Source: Roseibacillus sp. (GTDB lineage: Bacteria; Verrucomicrobiota; Verrucomicrobiia; Verrucomicrobiales; Akkermansiaceae). Taken from it: a stretch of DNA of 64,000 nucleotides. Positions 18,626-27,946 of this stretch are shown here, one piece after another; the first letter of the stretch is position 1, and every line of letters starts with the position of its first letter. The position numbers and the translations under genes were made by a program. The DNA lies in contig CBDEUM010000009.1 of the NCBI GenBank assembly GCA_965242925.1, positions 1-64,000 of the forward strand, read 5' to 3'. A model generated the notes under the pieces. It was not told where the DNA came from. It worked only from the letters and a program-made list of their open reading frames with translations, and made no database searches.

Positions 18626-18860
18626 TGGCCCCGGGTATGGGACGGGCCTGGCCAGGATGCCGCCAGATTCAGGAGAGGTATTTGAGCGACCACGGAAGTG
18701 CTGGATTCACTGCTTCTCCCTGAAAGGGCGCAGGTAGTTTACATCGAAATGTTCCGCGCAGATCTATTGCTCATGAAGAGTTGAGAGAGAACTCCGCCAG
18801 GACAAACCGGGCGGCCCAGAACCTTGCAACCCTCTCCCCAACCCTCCACCCCTTTCTCTC

Positions 18861-19769
18861 GTGAAAGCGCCGATTAAGAAAGCCTTTCTCCTTGGAGCCG
18901 GTTTGGGCACGCGTCTGCGTCCGCTCACCGATATTCTTCCCAAACCGCTCATCCCGGTCTTTCACCGGCCCCTGATAGAGCACCTTCTCGACCACTGCCT
19001 GGCCTCCGGAATCGAGGAGTTCGCCATCAACACTCACCACCTGCCCGGGAAATGGGAGGAAGCATTCCCCGACGGGGCCTATCGAGGTGCACCACTCACC
19101 TTCTTTCACGAACCGGTCCTTCTCGAAACCGGAGGGGGGCTCAGGAACATCGAATCCTGGATCGAGGCCGAACCGTTCCTCGTCTGCAACGGCGACATCC
19201 TGACCACCCTGGAAATCGATCGCCTCATCGATACTCACGTCCGCTCCGGTCGAACCGCCACCATGGGACTGCGCTCAACCGGACACGAACCTCATATTGC
19301 GATCGAAGGCGAACGTATCGTGGACATCAAGAACATGCTCGGCATTGCCCCTGGAACGCATCAGTTCGCCTGCGTCTACTGTGCCCAGCCCGAATTACTC
19401 CAGCGCATCCCCCCCGCCGAAAAAATCTCCATCATCCCCACCTTCCTGGACCTCATTCGCGACGGCGAAATGGGCGCCTCCTTTCACGACGAGGGGATCT
19501 GGCTCGATCTGGGCACCCGCGAATCCTATCTCGATGCCCACCACCACGGAGAGTTAGGTGAGCTGCGCCACCCCGAGGCTCACATTGACCCCACGGCCAT
19601 GGTGGAGGCCTCCGCAGTCGGCCCGGGTGCTTCCATCGGGGCCGATGCCACCATCCTGTCCTCCGTTCTCTGGCCCGGCGCCAAAATCGAGGAGGGTGCG
19701 CAATTGACAAACTGCATCGTCTATTCGTCCACTCCCGCCACCGGCGCCCAACACAACGTCGATCTCTGA
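18861..19769 (+). CDS. Nucleotidyltransferase (MurU-like) with C-terminal left-handed beta-helix
   Basis: LGAGLGTRLRPLT..PKPL, INTHH, LETGGGL, NGD, WLDLGT. Adjacent to an AmgK-like kinase. Confidence 0.85.
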   Translation: MKAPIKKAFLLGAGLGTRLRPLTDILPKPLIPVFHRPLIEHLLDHCLASGIEEFAINTHHLPGKWEEAFPDGAYRGAPLTFFHEPVLLETGGGLRNIESWIEAEPFLVCNGDILTTLEIDRLIDTHVRSGRTATMGLRSTGHEPHIAIEGERIVDIKNMLGIAPGTHQFACVYCAQPELLQRIPPAEKISIIPTFLDLIRDGEMGASFHDEGIWLDLGTRESYLDAHHHGELGELRHPEAHIDPTAMVEASAVGPGASIGADATILSSVLWPGAKIEEGAQLTNCIVYSSTPATGAQHNVDL

Positions 19770-19856
19770 TACCAGCTCCCCTTCAAACCGAACCAGCCCG
19801 GGGTCCGGAACCATCATCCGGCATTCCACCTCAACTCCACTCCATCATTCCAACCT

Positions 19857-19884
19857 GACGGCGACGGGGACGTCGCCGTCCACC
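19857..19884. repeat. REP-like palindrome
   Basis: Perfect 10-bp inverted repeat gacggcgacg-ggga-cgtcgccgtc; on the minus strand it reads GTGG-ACGGCGAC-GTCCCC-GTCGCCGT. Confidence 0.5.
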
Positions 19885-19896
19885 AGCCTTCCCCTC

Positions 19897-20853
19897 ATGG
19901 CCGCCGATACCCTGCTCACCGCGGTTCGCGCTCACCTCAAGCTCGATCCGAACCACGCCGTCATCCTGGAGCCCATCAAACGTGGAGCATCAGGGCGCAC
20001 CATCGTTCGTCTCAAGGCGGAGGGGCACCCCGCCTTCATCGGCATCCACTACACGCTCGACCGCAAGGACAACCGCTATTTCCTCCCCGTCGCCCGCTTT
20101 CTCAGGAAGAACCGTATCAACGTCCCCGAAGTCCTCTATGACAATCCAGGGCGCAATATCGCCCTGGTGGAAGACCTGGGCGAAGAAGACCTTCTCTCCC
20201 TTGCGGACCAGCCGTGGGATCTGCGCGAGCCCTACTACCACAGCGTGCTCGAACAACTCGACCGCCTTTTCTACACCCGTCCGCCCAAGGACCTCGAACT
20301 CTCCCCTGCCTTCGGGCCTGAAACCTATGCCTGGGAACAGGATTACTTCATCGAAAACCTGGTGGAGAAGCACCTCGGCCTCGACGGCACCGAGCTCCGC
20401 AACAACGAAGATCTCATCCGGCTGCGCGAGAACCTCGGTTCTTCTCACCGCAATCTCGTCCATCGCGATTTTCAGTCCCAGAACATCATCCTCCACGACG
20501 GCAAGGCCTGGCTCATCGACTTCCAGGGCCTGCGCCTGGGCCGTCAGGAATACGACCTCGCTTCCCTTCTCTACGATCCCTACCTCGATCACTCCGAGGA
20601 AGAGCAGGAAAAACTCCTCGATCTCTGGGAGGACATCGCCGAGGAGCGCCCCGTCCCCGAGCTCCTGCGCGACTGCGCCACCCAGCGCCTCATGCAGGCT
20701 CTCGGGGCCTACGCCAACATCCTGCACGAACAGCACATCGACTGGTATGCCCAGCACATACCTCCCGGAGCAAAGCTCCTCCTCTCTCAGGTCCAAAATA
20801 CCACGCTCGAGGGACCCCTGCGCCCCGTCCTGGAGAGAGCCATGGAGGAATAG
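19897..20853 (+). CDS. APH-family phosphotransferase (AmgK-like sugar kinase)
   Basis: GASGR, LVEDLG, VHRDFQSQNI, LIDFQG, YDLASLLYDPY, QRLMQALGAY. Confidence 0.85.
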   Translation: MAADTLLTAVRAHLKLDPNHAVILEPIKRGASGRTIVRLKAEGHPAFIGIHYTLDRKDNRYFLPVARFLRKNRINVPEVLYDNPGRNIALVEDLGEEDLLSLADQPWDLREPYYHSVLEQLDRLFYTRPPKDLELSPAFGPETYAWEQDYFIENLVEKHLGLDGTELRNNEDLIRLRENLGSSHRNLVHRDFQSQNIILHDGKAWLIDFQGLRLGRQEYDLASLLYDPYLDHSEEEQEKLLDLWEDIAEERPVPELLRDCATQRLMQALGAYANILHEQHIDWYAQHIPPGAKLLLSQVQNTTLEGPLRPVLERAMEE

Positions 20854-20936
20854 AATTCCGTTTTCCGCGTTCAGTCGTCATCCTGCCCGCTCCCTCCTCT
20901 TCACCGAACCCGGCGTCCTGAACACCGACCCCTCCC

Positions 20937-22283
20937 ATGACTCCCTGGCTCGTTCGCCTCATTCTCGCCCTCCTCGCCCTTGAGGCCGGGGTGTGCGTGG
21001 CCTTTCTGGCGGACGACTGGAAACCGCTGCGTGAAAAAGAGGATGCCCTCTTCGAACGACTCCTCACCAAGTCCCGCGAAGGGGATGAATTTATAATCGA
21101 CGCATCAGAGCCGGCCCCACGCGTCCGCCTCGTCCGGCCTCTCGTCGAGGGCACGGCCCAGCCTTACCTTCACGTCAAAATCGACGAGAAGGCCGCGGAG
21201 GATCTCCATTACCCTCTGGAGCCGGAGGACTGGTGGGGTCTCCTCAACCACATGCACGACGTCGGCTGCCGCGTGGCCGCCATCGAGGAACCCCTCACCT
21301 GGGAAGGGGAAGGGATCGCCCACCTCGGCCGTCTCGCCAGTCTCAACACGGCTCTTTCCCGGTTCGAAACAGTCATCCTCACCGTCGATCTCCATCGCCC
21401 CTCCAAGGGCCAGCCGATCCCCACCTACCTGCAGGCGTGCGCTATCCCACTCTCCAACGTGACCGGCGAAACCGGTCGACTCGTCAGAGTCAATCGCGTC
21501 CTCCTCCCGCCCTCCGCCACCCCGGCGCCCAACGTCCAGTTCTCCTTCCGAATGCAGGAGAGCATCGAAGAGGCCCGGCCCGAAATCCTGCGCTGGGATG
21601 ACTATCTCATCCCCTCCTTCCCCCTCGCAGTGGCCATGGCGCAGGCCAACGTCTCGCCCGACCAGGTTCACATCCAGCTCGGTCATCACATCCGACTGGG
21701 CGACGGTCCCATTATTCCCATCAATGAGATTGGCGAGTTGGAGATCGAACTCATCGAAGACCCCGCCCACATCGAACGCCTCGCCATCGAAGCCTACAGC
21801 CCCAGCCAGATCGGAGACACCCACGAGGCGATCAAGGAAAAAACCACTACCATCCCCCGTTGTGTTCTCTTTACCGATGCCAGCCGCGACAATCCCTCTC
21901 CCTGGAGAAAAAGCCTTCACCTGCAGAAGATCGTCAGCTCTCTGGATGTGCTTCCCCGTCCCGAGGGCGTGGAGACCCATCAACGTCTGAGCGTGATGGA
22001 TGAAGTCGCCCTCCTCGGCACTATCGCCGTGATTGCAGCCCTCCTGCTCGGCCTGCCGGGTTTCTTCCGTCACCTTTCCTACTTCGCCCTGCTGATCGCT
22101 CTTCCCTCCCTTCTTGTCGCCCTCTACCTCGGTTCGCAGAAGTGGACCCCCTTCGCCCCCGCAGTCGCCACCGTGCTGACGGGCTGGATCCTAGCCACCC
22201 GCATGGCCCGCTACCTCCCCGGACGCGGCCCCCGGGATCCGGACCGGAATGCCGAGTCTGCCCCGGCTCCCGCGACCGATTAG
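20937..22283 (+). CDS. Membrane protein with CHASE2-like extracytoplasmic domain and three C-terminal TM helices
   Basis: N-terminal TM, IPSFPLAVA...IRLGDGPIIPINEIG segment similar to CHASE2, three terminal hydrophobic helices, no cytoplasmic output domain. Confidence 0.55.
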   Translation: MTPWLVRLILALLALEAGVCVAFLADDWKPLREKEDALFERLLTKSREGDEFIIDASEPAPRVRLVRPLVEGTAQPYLHVKIDEKAAEDLHYPLEPEDWWGLLNHMHDVGCRVAAIEEPLTWEGEGIAHLGRLASLNTALSRFETVILTVDLHRPSKGQPIPTYLQACAIPLSNVTGETGRLVRVNRVLLPPSATPAPNVQFSFRMQESIEEARPEILRWDDYLIPSFPLAVAMAQANVSPDQVHIQLGHHIRLGDGPIIPINEIGELEIELIEDPAHIERLAIEAYSPSQIGDTHEAIKEKTTTIPRCVLFTDASRDNPSPWRKSLHLQKIVSSLDVLPRPEGVETHQRLSVMDEVALLGTIAVIAALLLGLPGFFRHLSYFALLIALPSLLVALYLGSQKWTPFAPAVATVLTGWILATRMARYLPGRGPRDPDRNAESAPAPATD

Positions 22284-22418
22284 GGCCTCTTAATGTATTT
22301 TCCACTTTCCGCCCGAGCGAGCCGCCCCTAAGTCCTTCTTTCCCATACCTCCGTTTTCCGATTTGTCCTGCCCGCGCCCAGCACCGGCGGGACCAACCAT
22401 TTTACCGGTCTCCTTTCT

Positions 22419-23288
22419 TTGACCACCAAAGACAAAGCCTCCATCCTGGTTGAAGCCCTGCCCTACCTGCAGCGCTTCCGGGGGAAGACGTTCCTCATCA
22501 AGATCGGGGGATCCGCCATGGACGATCCCGACCTGCTGAGCTCCCTCATGTGCGACATCGTCTTCCTCGAGGTGGCCGGCATCAATCCCGTCCTCGTCCA
22601 TGGAGGAGGCAAGGCGATCTCAGCCGCCATGGAGGCAGCCGGACTCGAGGCCAGATTCCTGGGAGGGCTCCGCGTCACCAGCCCCGAAGCAATCGCCACC
22701 GTGGAGGAAACCCTGGGCAACACCATCAACCCCGAACTCGTCGACCTCATCAACCGGCACGGAGGTCGCGCCACCGGCATTCCCGGAACCGGTGTCTTTC
22801 AGGCCAGGCGCATCCAGGGAGAGGGAGAAGATGGAGACCCTGTCGATATCGGGCGGGTGGGAGAGGTCGAGTCCTGCCAAACCGACGATGTCCTCTACGC
22901 CACCACCTCCGAGATTGTCCCGGTCGTTTCACCCCTCGGCCGGGAAATCGACACCGGCAAGACCCTCAACATCAACGCCGATCTTGCCGCGGCGGCTCTC
23001 GCCTGCACCCTGCAGCCCGCCAAGCTGGTCTACGTTTCGGATGTCCCCGGCCTCCTCGCCGACCCCGGGGACCTCGCCAGCCTCATCCCCTCCGTCACTC
23101 CCGGGGCGGCAGAGGGCCTCATCGATTCCGGCATCATCTCCGGTGGCATGATCCCGAAGATCCGTTCCGCCATCGGAGCCCTGCAGGCGGGTGTCGACAA
23201 GGTCCACTTCGTTGACGGACGCGTCCCGCGCACCATCCTGCTGGAGATCTTCACTCCCGAAGGAATCGGGACGGAAATCACGCGGTAG
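22419..23288 (+). CDS. argB: Acetylglutamate kinase
   Basis: EALPY, IKIGG, VHGGG, NINAD, SDVPG, GGMIPK, GIGTEI. Confidence 0.96.
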   Translation: MTTKDKASILVEALPYLQRFRGKTFLIKIGGSAMDDPDLLSSLMCDIVFLEVAGINPVLVHGGGKAISAAMEAAGLEARFLGGLRVTSPEAIATVEETLGNTINPELVDLINRHGGRATGIPGTGVFQARRIQGEGEDGDPVDIGRVGEVESCQTDDVLYATTSEIVPVVSPLGREIDTGKTLNINADLAAAALACTLQPAKLVYVSDVPGLLADPGDLASLIPSVTPGAAEGLIDSGIISGGMIPKIRSAIGALQAGVDKVHFVDGRVPRTILLEIFTPEGIGTEITR

Positions 23289-23352
23289 CGTCGCGGCGCC
23301 CTTCACGCACCGCGCCAGCTCCACAATTCCTGACCTTCGACCCACTCGCCTC

Positions 23353-24606
23353 ATGACCACAGCCGACAAACTCGCTCACTACGTCCTCCCGACCTACGCC
23401 CAGTTCCCGGTGGCACCGGTGAGGGGCGAGGGAACACTCCTCTGGGACGAAAACGGAAAGCGCTATCTCGACTTCTGCTCCGGGCTTGCCACCTGCACCC
23501 TGGGACACGGCGAAAACTCCCTCTCGCGCGCCATTGCCAGACAAGCCAGGGAGCTGATCCACTGCTGCAACCTCTACCAGATCGACAAGCAGGCAGACCT
23601 CGCCAAGTGCCTGGTCGAAGAGTGCCTCAACCTGCCCGGGCGCGTCTTCTTCAGCAACTCGGGAGCGGAATCCAACGATGGCCTCATCAAACTGGCGCGC
23701 CGCTTCGGTCATGCCCGCCCCGATGCCGAAGGCCGGGCGCGCTACGAAGTGATCACCTTCCACCGATCCTTTCATGGGCGCACCCTCGGGGGCATCGCCG
23801 CCACCGGTCAGGACAAGGTCAAGAAGGGATTTGATCCCCTCCTTCCCGGCTTCCGCCATCTCGAACTGAACGACCTCGACTCCCTGGCCTCCAGCATCCA
23901 GCCCGAAACCTGCGCGATCCTCCTGGAACCGATCCAGGGCGAAGGAGGCATTCACCTTGCTACAGGAGAGTTCCTGCAGGGGATCAGGGAGCTTTGCCGG
24001 GAGCATGACCTCCTTCTCCTGCTCGACGAGGTCCAGTGCGGCCTCGGACGCACGGGCGAGATGGCAGGCTGGCGCACCATCGAGCCCGGTCTCGTCCCCG
24101 ACGCAGTCTCCTGGGCCAAGGGCCTGGGAGGCGGATTTCCCATCGGGGCGTTCTGGATTTCCGAGCGCATCGTGACCGGCGACAGGCCTCTCTTCGACCT
24201 GATGGGAACTGGTTCTCACGGCTCCACTTTCGGCGGAAATCCCCTTGCCTGCGCTGCCGGTCTCACCGTTCTCCGTGAAGTTCTCGACCAGGAACTGCCC
24301 CAGCGTGCGCTTGAGCACGAGAAGAACATTCGCGAAACGATTGCGGGCTGGCATCATCCCGCCATCACGGAGGTGCGCGGAAAGGGGCTCCTCCTCGGGA
24401 TCGGACTCAATCCCGGAGCCCTCAGGACCCCTGAAAACGATGATGCCTCCATCCATTTCTCAAGACAACTGGCCAGTGCGGGCCTCCTCTCCCCACCCGC
24501 CGGATCCGACACCGTGAGGCTCATGCCACCCCTTACGGTCTCCCCTGCGGAAATCGATGAAGCTCTCGAAATCTTCCGTCAAACCCTCACCAGGGTTTGT
24601 GCCTGA
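23353..24606 (+). CDS. argD: Acetylornithine aminotransferase
   Basis: NSGAE, FHGRT, EPIQGEGG, DEVQCG, AKGLGGG, HGSTFGGNP. Lies between argB and argF. Confidence 0.93.
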   Translation: MTTADKLAHYVLPTYAQFPVAPVRGEGTLLWDENGKRYLDFCSGLATCTLGHGENSLSRAIARQARELIHCCNLYQIDKQADLAKCLVEECLNLPGRVFFSNSGAESNDGLIKLARRFGHARPDAEGRARYEVITFHRSFHGRTLGGIAATGQDKVKKGFDPLLPGFRHLELNDLDSLASSIQPETCAILLEPIQGEGGIHLATGEFLQGIRELCREHDLLLLLDEVQCGLGRTGEMAGWRTIEPGLVPDAVSWAKGLGGGFPIGAFWISERIVTGDRPLFDLMGTGSHGSTFGGNPLACAAGLTVLREVLDQELPQRALEHEKNIRETIAGWHHPAITEVRGKGLLLGIGLNPGALRTPENDDASIHFSRQLASAGLLSPPAGSDTVRLMPPLTVSPAEIDEALEIFRQTLTRVCA

Positions 24607-24735
24607 GAAAGCGAATTTTTCCCCGCTTTCCTTGCCTCCCACCTGATTCCCCGGCAAACTCCTCTCTTTCCCGTCTCCAGACAGGCATCCTTGGCCCTGT
24701 AGTCGATCCCCACCAACCCCGAATCCTCAGATTAC

Positions 24736-25644
24736 ATGGAACACCTTCTCTCCATTGAGGCGATGTATCCGCAGAACATGGTCAAGTATATCGACCATGC
24801 GGTAACCCTCAAGACTCGCCGGGGCCAACACGAGGAGTTCCCGCTGGAGGGACAGGTCTGGGCTCTCCTGTTCTCCAAGTCCTCCACCCGCACGCGGGTT
24901 TCCTTCGAAGTGGGCATCCGCGAACTGGGGGGCTCTCCTCTCTTCCTCAGCTCCAATGATATTCAGCTGGGCCGCGGTGAACCGATCAAGGACACGGCCC
25001 GCGTCCTCGGGCGCCTGGTGCATGGAGCGATCATCCGCACCTTTGCCCAAAGCGATGTGGAAGAGTTTGCTGACTACTCCGGCATCCCCACCATCAACGC
25101 CCTTACCGACGACGAACACCCCTGCCAGATCCTCGCTGATCTCCTCACTATCCGGGAGAAACTGGGTGGCTGGGACGGCCGGAAGATCGCCTTCGTGGGA
25201 GATGGCGGCAACAACATGGCACGCTCGTGGTGCTGGGCTGCCAAGCACCTCGGCTTCTCGCTGACAATCGGCTCACCTGAATCTTGCCAACCCCTGCCCG
25301 ACTTCCTCGGCAGGCTCGACACCTCTAACATCACCATCACTTCCGATCCCGCCGAAGCCGTCGCGGATGCCGATGTGGTCAACACCGACGCCTGGCTCTC
25401 GATGGGCCAGGAAGGACAGACCGACAAGGAAGCGCAGTTCGGTTCCTACCAGGTCAACAGTGCTTTGCTCAAGGGCTCCGCCCCGAACCATATCGTCCTC
25501 CACTGCCTCCCTGCCTACCGCGGGAAGGAGATCAGCGAAGACGTCCTTGAGCAACACGCCGACACCATCTTCCAGCAGGCGGAAAACCGCCTCCACATCC
25601 AGAAAGGCATCATGGCTCACATGGCCAAGCACCGCATCCTTTGA
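24736..25644 (+). CDS. argF: Ornithine carbamoyltransferase
   Basis: SSTRTRVSFE, HPCQILAD, SMG, LHCLP, AENR. Confidence 0.96.
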   Translation: MEHLLSIEAMYPQNMVKYIDHAVTLKTRRGQHEEFPLEGQVWALLFSKSSTRTRVSFEVGIRELGGSPLFLSSNDIQLGRGEPIKDTARVLGRLVHGAIIRTFAQSDVEEFADYSGIPTINALTDDEHPCQILADLLTIREKLGGWDGRKIAFVGDGGNNMARSWCWAAKHLGFSLTIGSPESCQPLPDFLGRLDTSNITITSDPAEAVADADVVNTDAWLSMGQEGQTDKEAQFGSYQVNSALLKGSAPNHIVLHCLPAYRGKEISEDVLEQHADTIFQQAENRLHIQKGIMAHMAKHRIL

Positions 25645-25921
25645 TCAGAACCCGGCCGACAAGACCGACCACGCTATCCGCCGCGACGGATCCGGAAGGC
25701 GCCCGCCTCCTTTCCCCGGACCCCGATGACCGGGCGATCAGGCGCCTGCCACGCCCCCGGCAGCTTGCAGATGAAATCATCCTTCCCGGCCTGAAGACGG
25801 CTCTTCCGGCCCCCAATCACTTCATTTGTCGTGCTATTGGACTGAAATCACGCTTTCTTCCCTCGCATCTTCGCCCCCCAGGCGGGCAAAAGTCCCCCGC
25901 GATAATCGTCTCCCGGATAGG

Positions 25922-27721
25922 ATGTCCATCGAACTGACCAGGAACTTCTCCATCATCGCCCACATCGATCATGGGAAGACGACCCTTTCCGATCGTCTTC
26001 TCGAGCGCACCCAGACGATTTCGGAGCGGGAGAAGCAGGATCAACTCCTCGATTCCATGGACCTTGAACGCGAACGCGGAATCACGATCAAGTCGCACCC
26101 GGTAACCATGTATTACCAGCCCCGCAGCGGGGAGCGCATCAAGCTCAACCTTCTCGACACCCCGGGCCATGTTGACTTTTCCTACGAGGTTTCGCGCAGC
26201 CTCGCGGCCTGCGAAGGTGCTCTCCTGCTGATCGATGCCGCCCAGGGCGTGGAGGCTCAAACCGTCGCCAACGTCAATCTCGCGATGGAACAGGACCTCG
26301 TCATCATCCCGGTCATCAACAAGATCGACCTTCCGGCTGCCGATATCGAAAAATGCAAGAAACAGCTGGAGGATATTCTGGCGATCCCGGCCGAGGACGC
26401 CATCCCGGCTTCCGCCAAGGAAGGGATCGGCATCGAGGAGATCCTTGAAGCTGTCGTGGAGCGCATCCCGGCACCTTCGGGCATGGAGGACAAGCTTCTT
26501 CGCGCCACGGTTTTCGATTCGATCTACGACTCCTTCCGCGGGGTGGTGTCCTACGTGCGTCTCATCTCCGGGTCGATGAAGCGCGGCACGCGCATCAAGC
26601 TCTTCGCAACCGAAAAGACCTACGAGGTCAAGGAAGTCGGTCACTTCACCCCCAAGATGACCAAGGTGGACACGCTGGAAACAGGCGACGTGGGTTACGT
26701 CATCGCCAATATGAAGTCCGCCAGCGAGGTGAAGATCGGGGACACCATAACGGACAGCGTGCACCCCTGCCCGCAACCCCTGCCCGGCTTCAAGGAAGTA
26801 CGACCCATGGTCTTCTCCGGGGTCTATCCGGTCGATTCCTCCGATTATGAGGCGCTCAAGGCCGCCATGGGCAAGCTCCAGATCAACGACGCGGCCTTCA
26901 CCTTCCAGCAGGAGAGTTCGGTTGCGCTGGGCTTCGGCTTCCGCTGCGGATTCCTCGGCCTCCTTCACATGGAGATCGTCCAGGAAAGACTCCGTCGCGA
27001 GTTCAACATGGATGTTATCTCAACTTACCCGTCCGTCATTTATGAAGTCAGCAAGACGAACGGCGAACAACTCCTCGTCGACAATCCCTGCCTCCTGCCC
27101 GACCTCTCCGAAGTCGATGAGATACGGGAGCCCATGGTGAAGGTCTTCATCATGACGCCCTCCGAGTATATCGGGGACATGATGGCACTCGTGATGGAAA
27201 AGAGGGGCAGTGTCGATCATACCGAAACGGTAGACGAGTCCCGTGTCATACTGCATGCCGTTCTCCCCCTCTCAGAGATTCTGGTTGATTTCAACGATCG
27301 CCTCAAATCCGCCACGCGCGGCTACGGCTCGATGGACTACGAGCATCACACCTATCAACCCGCTCACCTCGTCAAGATGGACATGCTTATCGCGGGGGAA
27401 TCCGTGGACGCCTTCTCCACCATCGTGCACCACGAAAAAGCCCCTGCCTACGGACGCCGCCTGGCCGAGAAACTGAAAGATGTCATCCCTCCCCAGCTTT
27501 TTACGGTCGCCATTCAGGCCGTTCTCGGGGGCAAGATCATCGCCCGGGAGACCATTCGTCCCATGCGCAAGAACGTAACCGCCAAGTGCTACGGCGGCGA
27601 CATCTCCCGCAAGCGCAAGCTCCTCGAAAAGCAGAAGAAGGGAAAGGCCAAGATGAAGGCCATCGGCAAGGTCAACATCCCACAGGATGCCTTCATCCGC
27701 GTCCTGAAGAGTGGTGATTGA
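25922..27721 (+). CDS. lepA: Elongation factor 4 (LepA)
   Basis: RNFSIIAHIDHGKTTL, DTPGHVDF, GFRCGFLGLLH, KCYGGDISRKRKLL. Confidence 0.98.
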   Translation: MSIELTRNFSIIAHIDHGKTTLSDRLLERTQTISEREKQDQLLDSMDLERERGITIKSHPVTMYYQPRSGERIKLNLLDTPGHVDFSYEVSRSLAACEGALLLIDAAQGVEAQTVANVNLAMEQDLVIIPVINKIDLPAADIEKCKKQLEDILAIPAEDAIPASAKEGIGIEEILEAVVERIPAPSGMEDKLLRATVFDSIYDSFRGVVSYVRLISGSMKRGTRIKLFATEKTYEVKEVGHFTPKMTKVDTLETGDVGYVIANMKSASEVKIGDTITDSVHPCPQPLPGFKEVRPMVFSGVYPVDSSDYEALKAAMGKLQINDAAFTFQQESSVALGFGFRCGFLGLLHMEIVQERLRREFNMDVISTYPSVIYEVSKTNGEQLLVDNPCLLPDLSEVDEIREPMVKVFIMTPSEYIGDMMALVMEKRGSVDHTETVDESRVILHAVLPLSEILVDFNDRLKSATRGYGSMDYEHHTYQPAHLVKMDMLIAGESVDAFSTIVHHEKAPAYGRRLAEKLKDVIPPQLFTVAIQAVLGGKIIARETIRPMRKNVTAKCYGGDISRKRKLLEKQKKGKAKMKAIGKVNIPQDAFIRVLKSGD

Positions 27722-27946
27722 TCGATCCGGAGGAATCGCTCTCACCCTCATCAGACCCGCTTCCGCCGGGACTGCCTGTTCGGCTGTCCGAACGTCGAAT
27801 CGAAGTTGCACAGACGATGTCCCCTGCAGGTTGTTCATTCCCCTGACCCTGATCCGATCCCCGGAATCACAATGCTCATCAGATCCAATCATCCCTCCTG
27901 CCGTTCACGGTATTCCAACTCTTCCCCTTGCCCCGGATCGGTCCCC

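Noticed and set aside
18668..18815. Riboswitch-like structure (ttcaggagag...cttctccctgaa; gagagaactccgcc)
   Set aside because: Only partial pairing; I could not find the conserved core of a glycine or other riboswitch, and the downstream gene does not fit.
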